Source: the human T2T-CHM13v2.0 reference genome, Homo sapiens. From it: 64,000 nt of DNA. Below, piece after piece: positions 27,844 to 40,182 of this stretch (positions are counted from its first letter, which is position 1; each line of letters opens with the position of its first letter). Both the position numbers and the translations under genes were made by a program. The notes under the pieces were generated by a model. The model was not told the DNA's origin, made no database searches, and worked only from the letters and a program-made list of their open reading frames with translations. Location of the stretch: the NCBI RefSeq assembly GCF_009914755.1, contig NC_060933.1, one strand, 5' to 3'.

Positions 27844-28334
27844 ATCTTTGCATTCGTTCTGCTTTAGTTCACTGTTTGGAAGGGTGAAATAAAGCCCTGG
27901 TTCTGTTCTTTCCCCTTGTCCTTCCATCGGAGTGGGCCCTTTAGTGGTTAAGGGTGAGGGATGAGAAGTTAGTCTCTGGTGTCTAAGGTCCCTACGATAC
28001 GTCTGAATGTTGCCAGGTGTAGAAGATGTGTCCTGTCCATAGGAGGAGCTTGTGGGAAGCTAGCTGGCGAGGTTCAGAAAGTAGAGTTGTGGGATATGTG
28101 GCCTTAGGTGTTGTATACGTATGTAGTTCAAATGGAATTAGATTCTATATAGGGTAGTGTGTAGACTGAGAACAAAATGACCTATCAATCTTAGGGAATG
28201 AATTAAGAAGAAGGTTGCCTGTGAAGGACAAGTCAGAGAGAAATCCAGAAGAGATTGATGTTCTGAAAGTTAAGACTGGACAATGTTTCATGAAAAATGT
28301 AATCGGAGAATGAAGGTTCAATATGTTTTTTGTT

Positions 28335-28451
28335 TGCATTTTCTTTTTGCTTGGAAATCATTTCAAATTTACAGAAAAAAATTACAAAGAATACCTGTCC
28401 ATTTATTTATCTAATTCACCTTTTCTTATATTTAACCCTATTTATAATTTC

Positions 28452-28484
<33 letters not shown>

Positions 28485-29570
28485 ACCCACCATATATTTT
28501 TCTGAACCATTTTGAGGATATGTTACTATATCATGGTCCTTTACTTCTAATTACCTAAGTATTTATTTCCTAAGAATTGGGATATTCTCTTATACTATAA
28601 CCGCAGCACTATTATCAACTTGAGTAAATTTAACATTGATACAATTTAAAAAATCAGATCTAATATTTATATTCCAATTAACAAGTTAACCCAATTACAT
28701 TTTGAATAATATTTTTCTGTCTCATACAGGTTCTAGTCTGGGGTCAAATACTTCATTTTATTTCATTCGTTCGTTTCTTTTAATCTGAAACATTTGCACA
28801 GCCTTGGTTTATCTCGTTTTTAAGACTGCATCCTGCCCGTTAAAAATGCAGTGGCTGTCAGTTTGAGGTTGTTGCTGCCTCATGATTAGATTCAGGGTGA
28901 TGCAATCTCAGTTGGAATATTGCATAGTGATGTGTCCTTGCCAGGATGTCCAACCTGCAGGCACCTTATGCCCATCGGTGGCGATGATTTTTAACATCCT
29001 TTCACAGTGTTGTCTAGTTTCCTGATTATATAATTATTGTTTTCTCTTTCTTCCCTTGCAATAAGTGGTCTGTGGGGAGCTACTGTAAGGTCATATAGAT
29101 ATCCTCCTTCTCCTCAAAGTCAGTGCAAGATTTAGCATCCATTGATGATTATTACTGGGTCCAGTCTTCACAGTGATAGGTGCGCAAACATGATTTTCCA
29201 TCTCCATGCTCTTTCCATGTTTACCATTTAGCCTTTGACATTCTGCTCTAAGCAAGAGTCTCATATCATTTCTATTTATTTATTTTTTGTGTGCACTCAA
29301 GAGTTCCCATTTTCCGTTGGTTCATAATTTACCACTGTACTCAATTTGAGCCCTCAATCAAATTTGAGTTGGCTAGTGGGGGCCCCTTCAAGATGGCTCC
29401 TGTGTCCATGTGGCATGTTCCCATCACTTACTTTTGACAAATTTTTCAGTTTCTGGCATAACAATGTGATCAGGCTCATCTTGTATATACTCTAGCCCTG
29501 GAGCCATCTGTTCCTTTGAGGATCCCAGATTCCTTTTAGTGGAGAAAGGGTATAGGCAGTATGGTCTGTG
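28335..29570 (-). mobile_element. L1MC-type 3' region
   Basis: 'tcatttcaaatttacagaaaa...tttctgaaccattttgag...tatttcctaagaattgggatattctctta...gctagtgggggccccttcaagatggctcctgtgtcc'. Confidence 0.75.
28454..28483. repeat. (AC)15 microsatellite
   Basis: Counted directly. Confidence 0.95.
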
Positions 29571-30229
29571 TTTTCCATTTGCTTCTGTGCTGTGTGAAGT
29601 GTTAGGCCCAGGCTTTGGGAACTATCCATTTCTTGGTAGATGTTGGGTCAAGTGGAAATGTTGGGGTACTGAGGAAGAACAATTTTGATTTGCAATTGGT
29701 AAATGAGGAATATCTGTTCAGAGTGTGAGTGAGATGAAAATTGTTCTTCTGTTTAATTTGTTTGTAAACCTTGGCTAGAGTTGGCCTGACAGATTGTGTC
29801 CCTTTCCCTCTGGCCATACTTTTTTTGGGAGGGGGCTGGCCTGCATTTTAATGAACATGCACATTTTGGCACTCTCTCATGCTTGCATTTTTAGTTGTGT
29901 TCTCGTCTCACCATGCTCTGTAGGTGCCCCTTTAACATTGGTTCATCCTGTGTGAATGGGCAGGGGGAGGTGGTGAGTGGATGGTATTCTGGTTCCCTTG
30001 GTGGGAGCAGCCTGCAGAGGCCAGATAGTCCACATCTGTTGTTGATTGAATCCTGGTCCAGAAGCCCCACTTTATATTGCTGTGTGGAATGAGCAGAATT
30101 ACTACTGTGGCAACACACAGTTCGTTTTTTACAGTCCACCTCCTTTCATTGCCTCCTAACTTGCAAGTCACCTGATAATTTCTGACACTTTCTTACCAGT
30201 ATGGAGCTATTTAAAACGCATTCCTACTT

Positions 30230-30420
30230 TTCTCATCTCATGGGATCCTCTGGACAATACCTTGTGTGATAATCAGGCAGAGATCAATTCTATTTTACAG
30301 ACAGGGAAACAAGGCAGAGAGAGTACATTTCCAATGGGGAAAGTTAGTCTCTTTTCCTTAGTAGCAAAGAGCTAGTAAGTGGCAGAACCAGAACTTCAAC
30401 TTGGCACTTCTGCCTCTTTG
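30230..30420 (-). mobile_element. MIR
   Basis: 'tattttacagacagggaaacaaggcagagag...gctagtaagtggcagaacc'. Confidence 0.7.
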
Positions 30421-31349
30421 TGCTTTCTTCTTGTCTTAGTTAAAAACTGAAGAAGAAAAGTAAGCCCTGTGGAAGCAGCTTAGGTACAGGAATTGGCAGG
30501 GTAGGAGGTGGGGTAGATTTCTTCCTTCTTAATCAGTTTCCTGTCTGAAGCTTCACATACTGGGGGTATCGTTTTTCAGTGTGAAAGGGAGGCTGAGGTC
30601 ACTTTGTGTCTTCATGGGAAACCTGTCCCAGGAGGTATGTCTTAAACCCCATGCTTACCTCAAGGCAATTAGAGAAAACCATGTGACAGCATCGGTCTCA
30701 CTGACTGTGGTTGATGAAGCAGAGCAGAAAAGCTGTTTTCTTCTCCTTGTCCTTTACTTCAGTCTTCCCCATCTCATCTTCCCTACCTGAGCTGATGGAC
30801 TGTCTTGTGAGGCTGGGGAGGTGTCCACTTGGCTCTTTGGTTTTGGTTCCCAGAGGGAGGCTCTGGCCGCAGGACACAGCAGATGGAGCCTGTGGGAGCC
30901 CATGTTTGTGCCTCGGCAGGTGTGGGTCTGGGACGGGTCTGACCTCCACCTGGCACCTGCTTCTTTTATTGCCTCCATATGTCAAGGGGATATGAGCCCA
31001 TGTGAGTGCTTTCAGATTGCTCTGGCCTGAGGCCATGGTTGGGAATGGCAGGAGCATGTTGCGGGGGACAGGGACCTTTGTGAGGGACAGTTGAGCCACT
31101 CTGAGGTTAGAGGACCACACAGCTGCCCCTTCTAGAAGCCTCGCTGGGCCAGAGGTGTGGCTTCATTAAGGTCCTAGTTGGACTGTGTCCTCATCTCTCT
31201 CTTATTTCCTGCTCTGTTTTTGATTTTATTTTCTTAAAATCTTCATGCTCATGGATTTTTAAAATGGCAGTAATGATTTTTATTTTTTTAAAGAGTAAAA
31301 CAATGGCAGTCTAGTGCAGTTACTTTAAGACATATCAGGTAACCTTTAC

Positions 31350-31510
31350 CAGTAAATCGAAGGCCATTGAATAAGGAATGTGTAAGGATCTGTGGACTCC
31401 CTGAAATTAGATGCAAAATGTTATATGTTTGTATGAATGCATTTTTTGGAGGAATGGCTCCCATAGCTTTCTGCAGATTCTTGTGGACATTTGACAGTCC
31501 CTCTCCAAAG
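31350..31510 (+). mobile_element. MER103-like hAT element
   Basis: 'ccctgaaattagatgcaaaatgt...tgcatttttt...ccatagctttctgcagattct'. Confidence 0.65.
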
Positions 31511-33156
31511 TATGGCCTCCAATATGTCTTCTTCACATTCCTTTGGAGAACTGCCTTTACCTCCCGTGTCTCTCATAGATATCTGAGCACTTTAATTTGT
31601 GGAAGAGTCGAGGAAGAGGAGGCCTTGAAAATAGTCTCCTTTCTAACTACCAAATTTGGGGGCTGGCTCAGCTTCCCCTCCCCCATTACTGGTTCCCTGA
31701 GCAGGTCTGAGCCAGGATAATCTTCTTTAACCTCCACTTTCTGTCAGGCCCTGGTCGTGTGCTGGATGTACCTCTCCTCATGTAATTGTCACAACTACCC
31801 TGTATTGGAGGTGCCAAAGACTGAATAACATGTTTAACTTACTAAATAGAAGAATTGGGACTGCCGGTAAAAACTGCCAGATTCCAAAGCCAGAGTTTTT
31901 TCAATACACTCAAGGAATAAAACGTCAGCTGCTGTTTTTATTAGCACTCACCAATGAGACACCATCCTGTCCTGTTCCCTGTTTTCATCCTGCAGCGCCA
32001 TATATTGCTCCAAAGCTTAGATAGTGCCCAGAGCCCACCTACAGCTCATCTTCCTATGAGGCAGAGAGCTAGCTTGATCTTTGGGGAATAATGGCAGAGC
32101 TCTCAGAAGGTGCTGGATCCCTAACCGCTTTGCTGGGTTCTTCATTCCTGGCCCACCCGAGAGCTCTTCTGGAAGTAAAGGCCTGAAACTGTGACCTTCT
32201 TGGCTATGGTGAAAAGTAACAGACGTCAAGTGTTAGCAAGCAGACCCTATCTGTTATTTGACTTTTAAAATCACAAACAATAAAGTAATCATTATTACAA
32301 GGTATTTTTAATGTCACATTGGCATGAAAAATTTTAATTCTGAGAGTATAATTTCTATGAATTGCTATGAATATAGTAAATTAAAAAATAAATTGCTGTG
32401 GCGGTGCTCTGATGGCATTTCAAAAAGGTGTTTGTCATCCTACCCTGCCCCTTCATCCCTCTGTGATAACTGTGTAGACAAAGGATAAAACCCAGGTGAA
32501 CCTCCTGAGATAGAGGTTCCAGATGGCACTAGCTGAAAAGACAGCTGGCATCCAGAGAGGCCGTGTGGCTCTTTGTACACAAACCATGGGGATTGTTTAT
32601 TTTTACTGCTCTAGTGACTCAATATAACAGTGGTCTGGGAAGACTTGGCTTTAGCCTCCTCTCTGTTGTGTTTTAACCTCTTCATGTCTCGGGCTTCTTA
32701 CTTTTCTCCTGGTGTTGTTGAGTGTAGAGTGGTTGTGATGATGAGTTCACAGAGATTTAAGAGCTCTAAGTTCTTTTGGGTCAGAGGAGTGATTTCTCTT
32801 TTTTGCAGTGTAAGGTACAAAATATTAAATATCTGAGACGTGACTGTGAGACCCTGGTGAAGCTACCCGGAGTCTCAGTTTCTTCTTTAAAACACGATTA
32901 TATCATTCAAAATAATAGACTGTATCTTAAATGAGCCAGAATGGATCAGACGTTTAGCATTGTTACTGGCACGTGGGCATTCATGAAGTATCTAACTCTT
33001 CTCTGTACCCCCTCACTTCTGTATACATGCCTTCTATCTAAATACAATCTTTTGATTGGCTGGAAGTAGAGTAGGAACATTAATCTATTTCTCAAATGCA
33101 GTGCCAAGCTTAAAAATGCATCTCTAGTTCTGGGGATGCCCAGATAACTATATCTT

Positions 33157-33158
<2 letters not shown>

Positions 33159-33200
<42 letters not shown>
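33159..33200. repeat. (GT)21 microsatellite
   Basis: Counted directly; purine/pyrimidine alternation continues to ~33212. Confidence 0.97.
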
Positions 33201-33206
<6 letters not shown>

Positions 33207-34119
33207 ATGCACATTTATCTATTTGTGTAAGTATGCATAACTGGGTCTACCAGATGAAATGTGGCTTGCCTTGCTGACTTCAGACATTTTGATTTAAAGA
33301 TCTTAAGGTAAGAGAAGTAGAGTTAACAGCATACATTTAGAGCTAGATGCCTTAGCAGCTGGCTTGGAGGCTTTTTTTTCTTCTTTTTAATGGGTAGCTT
33401 TTTATTTATTCATTTTTTTTAAATGGGTAGCTTTAATTTCAACCAAAAAGTTCTGGGTAGATTTTTTTCTAGCTCAAGGGAGAATTGTATATTGGGCACT
33501 AAGTATTAACGGGTAAAATCCTGCCAACTGCCCTTTTATAGATCTTCAGTGTGAAGCAAGACTTTGCATAGGTTGCCAGCCAAAAATTGATATTGGATCC
33601 AATTCCATCAGAGAAGCTTTAGTATTTTTAGAAGTAACACTCACTCTAGCACAGCATGCGGTGATACATAATACCAACTGTTTATAAAGATCCATGTTTT
33701 AGTTAATTTCTAGAAAATTAAATTACCTTTTTTTTTTTTTGCTGATGCCTTCTGTCTGTCAAACAGAAGGAAATTGCATTAGAGTTCAAGATGTGGCCTT
33801 TGAAGAGGACTTAGATGAATTGGGATGTTGACCTTTATAGTAGGAGGATTGCGTGGAGTTTGGTTGGCTGGGAGGCAGGAGACCTGGGTTCTAGCCCCAG
33901 TTCTGCCTTCCATGAAGTGTGTGATCTGGATTAGTCACAAGGCCTTTGTGGCCCTCATATTGTGTAGTCATTAAACAAAGGGGTTGTATGAAATTCCCAT
34001 TGTGTTTTAATTTTGATAAGTTATTATAATTTCATGATAGAAATGAAATATAGTGTGCAAGTATTTTTCCTAAAATTGTGAGATCACGTCTGTGAGATCC
34101 ATGCAGCTTGGGTGGATCC

Positions 34120-34328
34120 ACCAGTCTTTTTTATAATGAAGTCTCTGAAATACTTATTGAATGAATGAATGGTGCTATTAAGGTGATGGAAATAATTTTC
34201 CATTCACAAATTGCTAACATACTGCCTTTCATTTCATAACATTCTTCCAAAAAACAATATTCTTGTGACTATTATTGAGTATAAACTGGATACTTCTGGA
34301 TACAGCTCTGGTTGTACATAAGTGTTTT
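34120..34328 (+). repeat. Local duplication, copy 1 (~210 bp)
   Basis: Hand alignment to 34976-35186: about 13 substitutions and 2 small indels. Confidence 0.95.
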
Positions 34329-34654
34329 CCTAACTAAAGGATTGTTTGGGGAAAATGAGATTTAAAGAACCAAGATACTGATTTTTGGTTATTTAGCACT
34401 ATATCCTTGCCATTTTTCATGGATTCCCTTGTCTTATATTCAGAGAACATTTTCAGATTGCCTTAAGCCTGTTTGTTTCCTGTTTATCCAGGTTTCACTT
34501 TTCATTGATGGGCTACTACAAGGCCTAACTTTTGCATATACCTGTGTCCAGGTGTCTCAGTCCAGGAAGTTCTGTAGTCCTGTTTATGCCATGTATTTGG
34601 ACTTTCAAATATTCAGCAACTATTTTTTTCTGTATATATTTTGGGGTCTCTTAC

Positions 34655-34840
34655 ACCACTGTTTAAAATGTGGTTCCCAGGCCACCTGTAATGGAATCAC
34701 ATGGAGATGCTTGAAAAAGTGGCACGTTTCTGGTTAATGTGCCGTTCTTACTGGAGCAGAATATCTTGGGGACAGACATAAAAAGCCTCATGTTTTGCAA
34801 GTGACTCTCAAATTTAAGCTGGCCTCAGAATCACTGCTTT
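34655..34840. mobile_element. MER5-like hAT fragment
   Basis: 'aaaatgtggttcccaggccacctg...gaatcacatggagatgcttg...agaatcactgc'. Confidence 0.5.
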
Positions 34841-34975
34841 TGGAAATCAGGGTTATAGCTTTGTTCATGTTCTTAGAATCTAACATATAATTAGAATTCA
34901 ATGAATATTTTTGAGCAATAAGTGAGCACATGAGTTGCTGGGTTTGTGGTAGTTAGAAAGCTATACAATACCTTT

Positions 34976-35186
34976 ACCAGTCTTTTTGTAATGAAAGCTC
35001 TGAAATATTTATTGAATGAATGAATGGTGCTAATAATAAGGTGATGAAAATAATTTTTCATTCACAAATTGCTAACATACTGCCTTTCGTTTCATAACAG
35101 TCTTCCAAAAAACAGTATTCTTGTGACTGTTACTGAGTATAAACTGGATACTTCTGGATACGGCTCTGGTTGTACATAAGTGTTTT
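34976..35186 (+). repeat. Local duplication, copy 2
   Basis: Direct repeat of 34120-34328. Confidence 0.95.
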
Positions 35187-35267
35187 TCACCTTGTGTTAC
35201 ACACAAACACACACCCTACTCCGTTTGTTGGAAGCCTGCAAGTGATCATGCGTATCAATGCTAGGAG

Positions 35268-35275
35268 TGACGTCA
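35268..35275. promoter_or_regulatory. Full CRE palindrome TGACGTCA (motif only)
   Basis: Exact 8-mer; function unproven. Confidence 0.25.
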
Positions 35276-35873
35276 AGTAGACTGGCTGGGAAGGGCAGAA
35301 TGTGGTAGGCGGTTAAAAAGCAACAGGCACATGCTATATAACTTTTTGCCTTTTCTTGTTGTCTTTAAGACTTTTGTGATGGTTACATAACACCAGTGGG
35401 ACCAGAGACTAGGGCAGGCCAAAGATGCACTGATTAAGGAAATTACTGCTACCTAACAGTTATTCTGGAGCTCAAGTATTTCCTGTTCATTATGCAATAA
35501 TGTAGCCTTTCGAGTCTCCAAATGCCATTTGGAAGAAGAGGGTGGGGGAGTTGGAGGTAGTAGGTTGGATCTGAGGCTTAGTCTCTTGCCTGCTGTTTTA
35601 TGGGCAAGGTGGGGCAGGACCTATAAAAATTCCTTCACCCATGGCCCTTTTCTCCTACAATGACTGTAGAAAATTAGAACCCTTTAACTGTTTAGGAATG
35701 TGAGTGTTCAGCATAAGGATCCAATTAGGATGATGGGGAGGAGAGATAAGTAGCAATAGATTTAATATGTGATGTTTGATAGCATTAAAAATGTCCCAAG
35801 CCTATGCATGCAGTGATTGCTTGATACTGTAGTTTTAATTTGAGTTATAGCATAGAGATGGTGATGCTATAGA

Positions 35874-35908
35874 GGAAAAAACCCGCAATTACTTTTGCAC
35901 CAACCTAA
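35874..35908. mobile_element. Half MADE1 / solo Hsmar1 terminal inverted repeat
   Basis: aaaaacccgcaattacttttgcaccaacctaa followed by TA. Confidence 0.9.
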
Positions 35909-38779
35909 TATTAAGTTTTATATTTCACATTTGTGGGCTTGTTTCATCAACGGAGCGGTTTCCAAGGCTTCAAGGAAACATTGTTCTATGTTTTCTCTCA
36001 TCCATCCCCCTGTGGAGGGATGTTGAGAGGAGAGTCGGTTTTGAAGGTGCAGTTCTTGCTTTCATAGCATGTAGTTAAAATAAAAACCACAGTGTAGTGT
36101 TCTGACATCCCCTCTTGCTCAGGCATAGGGCATATTTGGTGAACCTTGGCCATTCTGACAACTGTTCTGGCAGCTGTTTCTTGTGTCATTCTTTTCTGGG
36201 CTTTATTGTAATGTAAACCCACCAAACAAGATTTCTGGCAGTTCTGTACATGGAAAATATAAGGACTCAATTTGTAGGTAAGTGGTTTCTATCCTGGAGA
36301 AAACAAAGCCCATCATACTGGATGTTCACATCAGCTGGGCTGTATGACAATGTTGGTGAGTCAGTGCTTTGAAGGCCCTAAGGTTAAATGTTTTGAATAC
36401 CACCCCCATGCATAGTATTTTGGGTTCAGTGGGGCTTTAAAACATCCTTTATTCTCCCCACATCCCATCATCTTCTGCAAACTTAACAATTTACTATACT
36501 TTTTCTGAAAATGAGCCTTTTAATCTCCCAATCCATAGTTGGACGAGGCTCACTTTGAAAAGTAAAGAGGTTGGCTTATTGATAACTTCAGGCCTGCTCC
36601 TTGCTTACATGCTGATGTTTACTTTTTGAAATCGACCTAAAAAATGTCAATACTTTGTTATGGTTTTGAAATGTATCTGATAATTCCTTTCTGGGCATGT
36701 TAAAAGTCTTAATTTTCTTGGCAACAGAATTTTCCTTTTAGGGTTCAGTATCTGCTTTTCAGGGTTATTTCTGGAAAGATTTTAAGATAGCTTAAGGGCT
36801 TTCTTAACCACATAAAACATAATTTCCTCAATACATTTTGGGGGAAAAATCAATAATTAGTGTTAGTGTAACACTAATTAGTGAATGCCATTTGCTTTAA
36901 TGCTGGGTTAAAATTGTCCTTGAATTTAAAAATTAGTTAAATCTTAGTACCAAAAAAATAAAGTGAAATACTACAAAGAAGTTGGTCTTTTGTCATACAA
37001 CAACCTATCCATGGCAGTAGAGAAAAATAATTAAAAAATGCACAATCTCTAACACAACTATTTTTAGTTTTGCATTTTCTTTCCATCTTGGCCGACATAG
37101 CTACAAAGCACAATTATTGGAACTACAGTAATTATTTTGATTTTTGATTTTTATTATGTATCTAATCACTGTTTTCATTTTCCCATATACTATACAAATG
37201 TCACTGTCAAAGCTACATATTGGGCTGTCCGGGTGATTTACTGTGAGCATGCCCATATTCTTAGAATTTAGATTCCATCCAGTTATTTGAAGTTGTAGAT
37301 GATGTTATAGGGAACATATTTTTGCCTATGTTTTTCTTTTAATGATTACATCCTTTAATTAAATTTGGACTTTAAATTTGGAATTTCTGGGTCACAGTTG
37401 TTTTTATGGCCCTGAAATAACATTCTGTTTTATACTTGTAGAAATAGTTTTTGTTCTTGTAACCAACCAGAGCACAAGTGACAGGCAAGCTTTTAGCTTT
37501 AGGGATGTTCTTAACACATCCCGAAGATTTTGTGCTCTCAATGTGTCCCTGCTATTTGGAGCTTCCCTGAAAAAGATTCTGTCAGGAGCTTCTGCTAATT
37601 AAATTGAATTGGTCCAGCTTTGTTGTAAACAGGTAACGGATTGTGGTGTTTTATTACTTGATACTTATTGCTGAAACAAGTTTTATGAAAAAAGGAGAGT
37701 ATTAGCCTGAGGACAAAAGTAGTTTGGAGTTCTGTAGAGGAGCTGCCAGTATTAATGAACTATCACTTGGAGCCTGCAACCTGTCAGCCTTGACTTTTCC
37801 TCTCCTGGGTCAGCCATCATTGGTCCTCCACATTGCTTTTCACTTTGCCAGCTAAGGCTTTTCAGTGGCTTCTGATATAGGTCTTGTTTCTCAAGTGAGT
37901 GTGCCCTCAGGAGGGGAACTGGGCAATCTGGGAAGGGAGCTTTGATTTCACAACCATGTGGGAATGCCAGTAGAATGAGACGCCATGATGAGTGTGGGTA
38001 CCTGCCCTTCTTGGCAGGAGTGGACTAGAAATCAGTTGGTGTTACTGCAAGCCCAGTCCATTGATGTGCACATCCATTGTGGGAGGATACTACTCTCAAT
38101 GGCTGCACTGCTGCCAGTGACGTTAAAAAGTCATCCATGTAAAAGCATGGGTAACTGCTTAACATGTATTAAATGAAAAAGCAAAATACGAAATGATCTA
38201 GGTACTGCACAAGTGTCCTAAATGTTTTGCATATCGTCAAAATAATATTAATATAAGAAAGTGTAAATAGCTGTAATAAGTTATGGTGAGATTAAAAGCC
38301 ATTTCTTTTTCTTTTTTGCACCAACGTGTTCTTTAGTGTTTTAGCACATTTGTAGTAGAGTTTTGAAGTTATTTTTATAAATCAGATATGTAGGATTCTA
38401 GGTCTGTGAAATGAAATTGAATGAAGAGGATTTGACAGTCTTCTTAAACTTCTGGGAAATAAAGGCTGAAAACAGCAGGCTTTCATCTGTGTATCTTCTG
38501 AAGCTGAAATGAACACTATGCCCATTTTGCTGTATGTCCATTTGAGTATTTTCTAATACCTTTTTGGGGAGTAGGTGTATCTTCAGCTGAAAGAATATTT
38601 CTAAGTATCCAAGTCCTTAAGGAAGCTAAAAGTTTTGAGTTATGCAAGTGTGCCTTCAGTGTCCTTTGGCAACCCCTTTCTGCACTTTCTCCACTGCTGT
38701 GGTATGTTTCTTGAATGACCATGTCCCTCTTCCTGCTCATGAAAGCCTTGAGCTTAGTTGTGTATACCTTGCATAAAGC

Positions 38780-38985
38780 AATAGAGTGCAGAAGTAAAGA
38801 ATGCTGGTTCTGGACTCAGACTCTTGATGTGGAGTCCTGGCTGGTTTTGGAACTTTGGGCTCTTGAAGGGAGTATCCTCATCTGTACGGTGGAGACCACT
38901 GGTACCCTCAGGTGGCTGTGGAGGTTGCATCGGTTAACACTAGTGAAGTTCTGAGTGCAATGCTTGGTCCATACTAACCCAGAAC
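38780..38985 (+). mobile_element. MIR
   Basis: 'gtaaagaatgctggttctggactcagact...cctcatctgta...ggctgtggaggtt...agtgcaatgcttgg'. Confidence 0.65.
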
Positions 38986-39719
38986 TGCAGTGGTGATGAT
39001 ACATATGATACATCTTCTTGGGTAGTTACATATTTTCTTCTTGTTACCAGGGTATTCCTTTTAACTATGAGAAATCAGAAAAATACAGAAAATCACAAAG
39101 AAGAGACTAGAAATAACCCAAACTCCACAACAGGTTTTGCTTTTTGTCTTCTCTGATGATGAAGTAAAATATGTTGGCCATTTGGAGAAGTAAAGATGTT
39201 TGTAAGTGGGGTGTTTCCAGACCCTCTGAAATATATGCCTCTTTTCTTGCTATGCCTAGTATAATACCTCACTCATTGTCAACCACTAGAGACTTAGCTT
39301 CTTGTTCTTGGTTCGACTACTAAATTTTTTGACTTGGGCAAATCATTTAAATATTTCTAGGTGTTCTTTAAGGCTTAAAAACCAAGGTTAGTTTAGCTTT
39401 GTCATTCTTTCTTCTCTTAACCTGTGACTTGGTTTATTTATGGTTTGTTCATTTCCTTTATATGTCTTCAGTGAAAGCAGCACAGAAAATGACTTTGGCC
39501 ATGTCAGTCAGCCAACAGCTTTTGAGCAGACACTCTTCTGGCCCTGGGAATTACAGAACCACACAATACACACATGATCTGTGGCTTTTGGAGCCTGTGG
39601 CAGGGCCCTGGATGGGGAAGGGTAAGCATTCTGATGCTATAGTGTGATGGAAACTTCTGTGGGGAAGCATAGGATTCAGTGCCAGTACTTGTGATGCAAG
39701 TAGTTATTTGAGCATTCCT

Positions 39720-40182
39720 TTTGTTTGTTTTTAATTTTAAAGTTCAAGGATACGTGGGCAAGATGTGCAGGTTTGTTATGTAGGTAAATGTGTGTCATGG
39801 GAGTTTGTTGTACAGATGATTTCATCACCCAGGTATTAAGCCTAGTACCCATTAGTTATTTTTCCTGGATCTTCTCCCTGCCCACACCTACCACCCTCCT
39901 ATAGGCCCCAGTGCATGTCATTCCCTCTGTGTGTCCATGTGTTTTCATCATTTAGCACCCACTTACAAGTAAGAACATATAGTATATGGTTTTCTGTTCC
40001 TGCATTAGTTTGCTAAGGATAATGGTCTCTAGCTTCATCCATGTCCCTGCAAAGGACATGGTCTCATTTTTTATGGCTGCATAGTATTCCATGTTGTATA
40101 TGTACCACATTTTCTTTATCCAGTCTATCATTGATGGGCATTTAGATTGATTCCATGCAAGTTCTTAGAGACCTTCAAAGAA
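39720..40182 (-). mobile_element. 5'-truncated L1PA (about PA11-13) 3' end with a short inverted ORF2 piece
   Basis: 'ttcatcacccaggtattaagcctagtacccattagttatttttcct...catgtccctgcaaaggacatg'; TSD tatttgagcatt(c/t)ct. Confidence 0.92.

Noticed and set aside
27559-27927. Low-complexity ORFs (FPFLS, GEGE, ERKGK)
   Set aside because: Translations of the microsatellite
34120-35186. Paired LTRs or a CRISPR-like array
   Set aside because: Only two copies, no TG...CA ends, no primer-binding site or polypurine tract, no repeat-spacer periodicity
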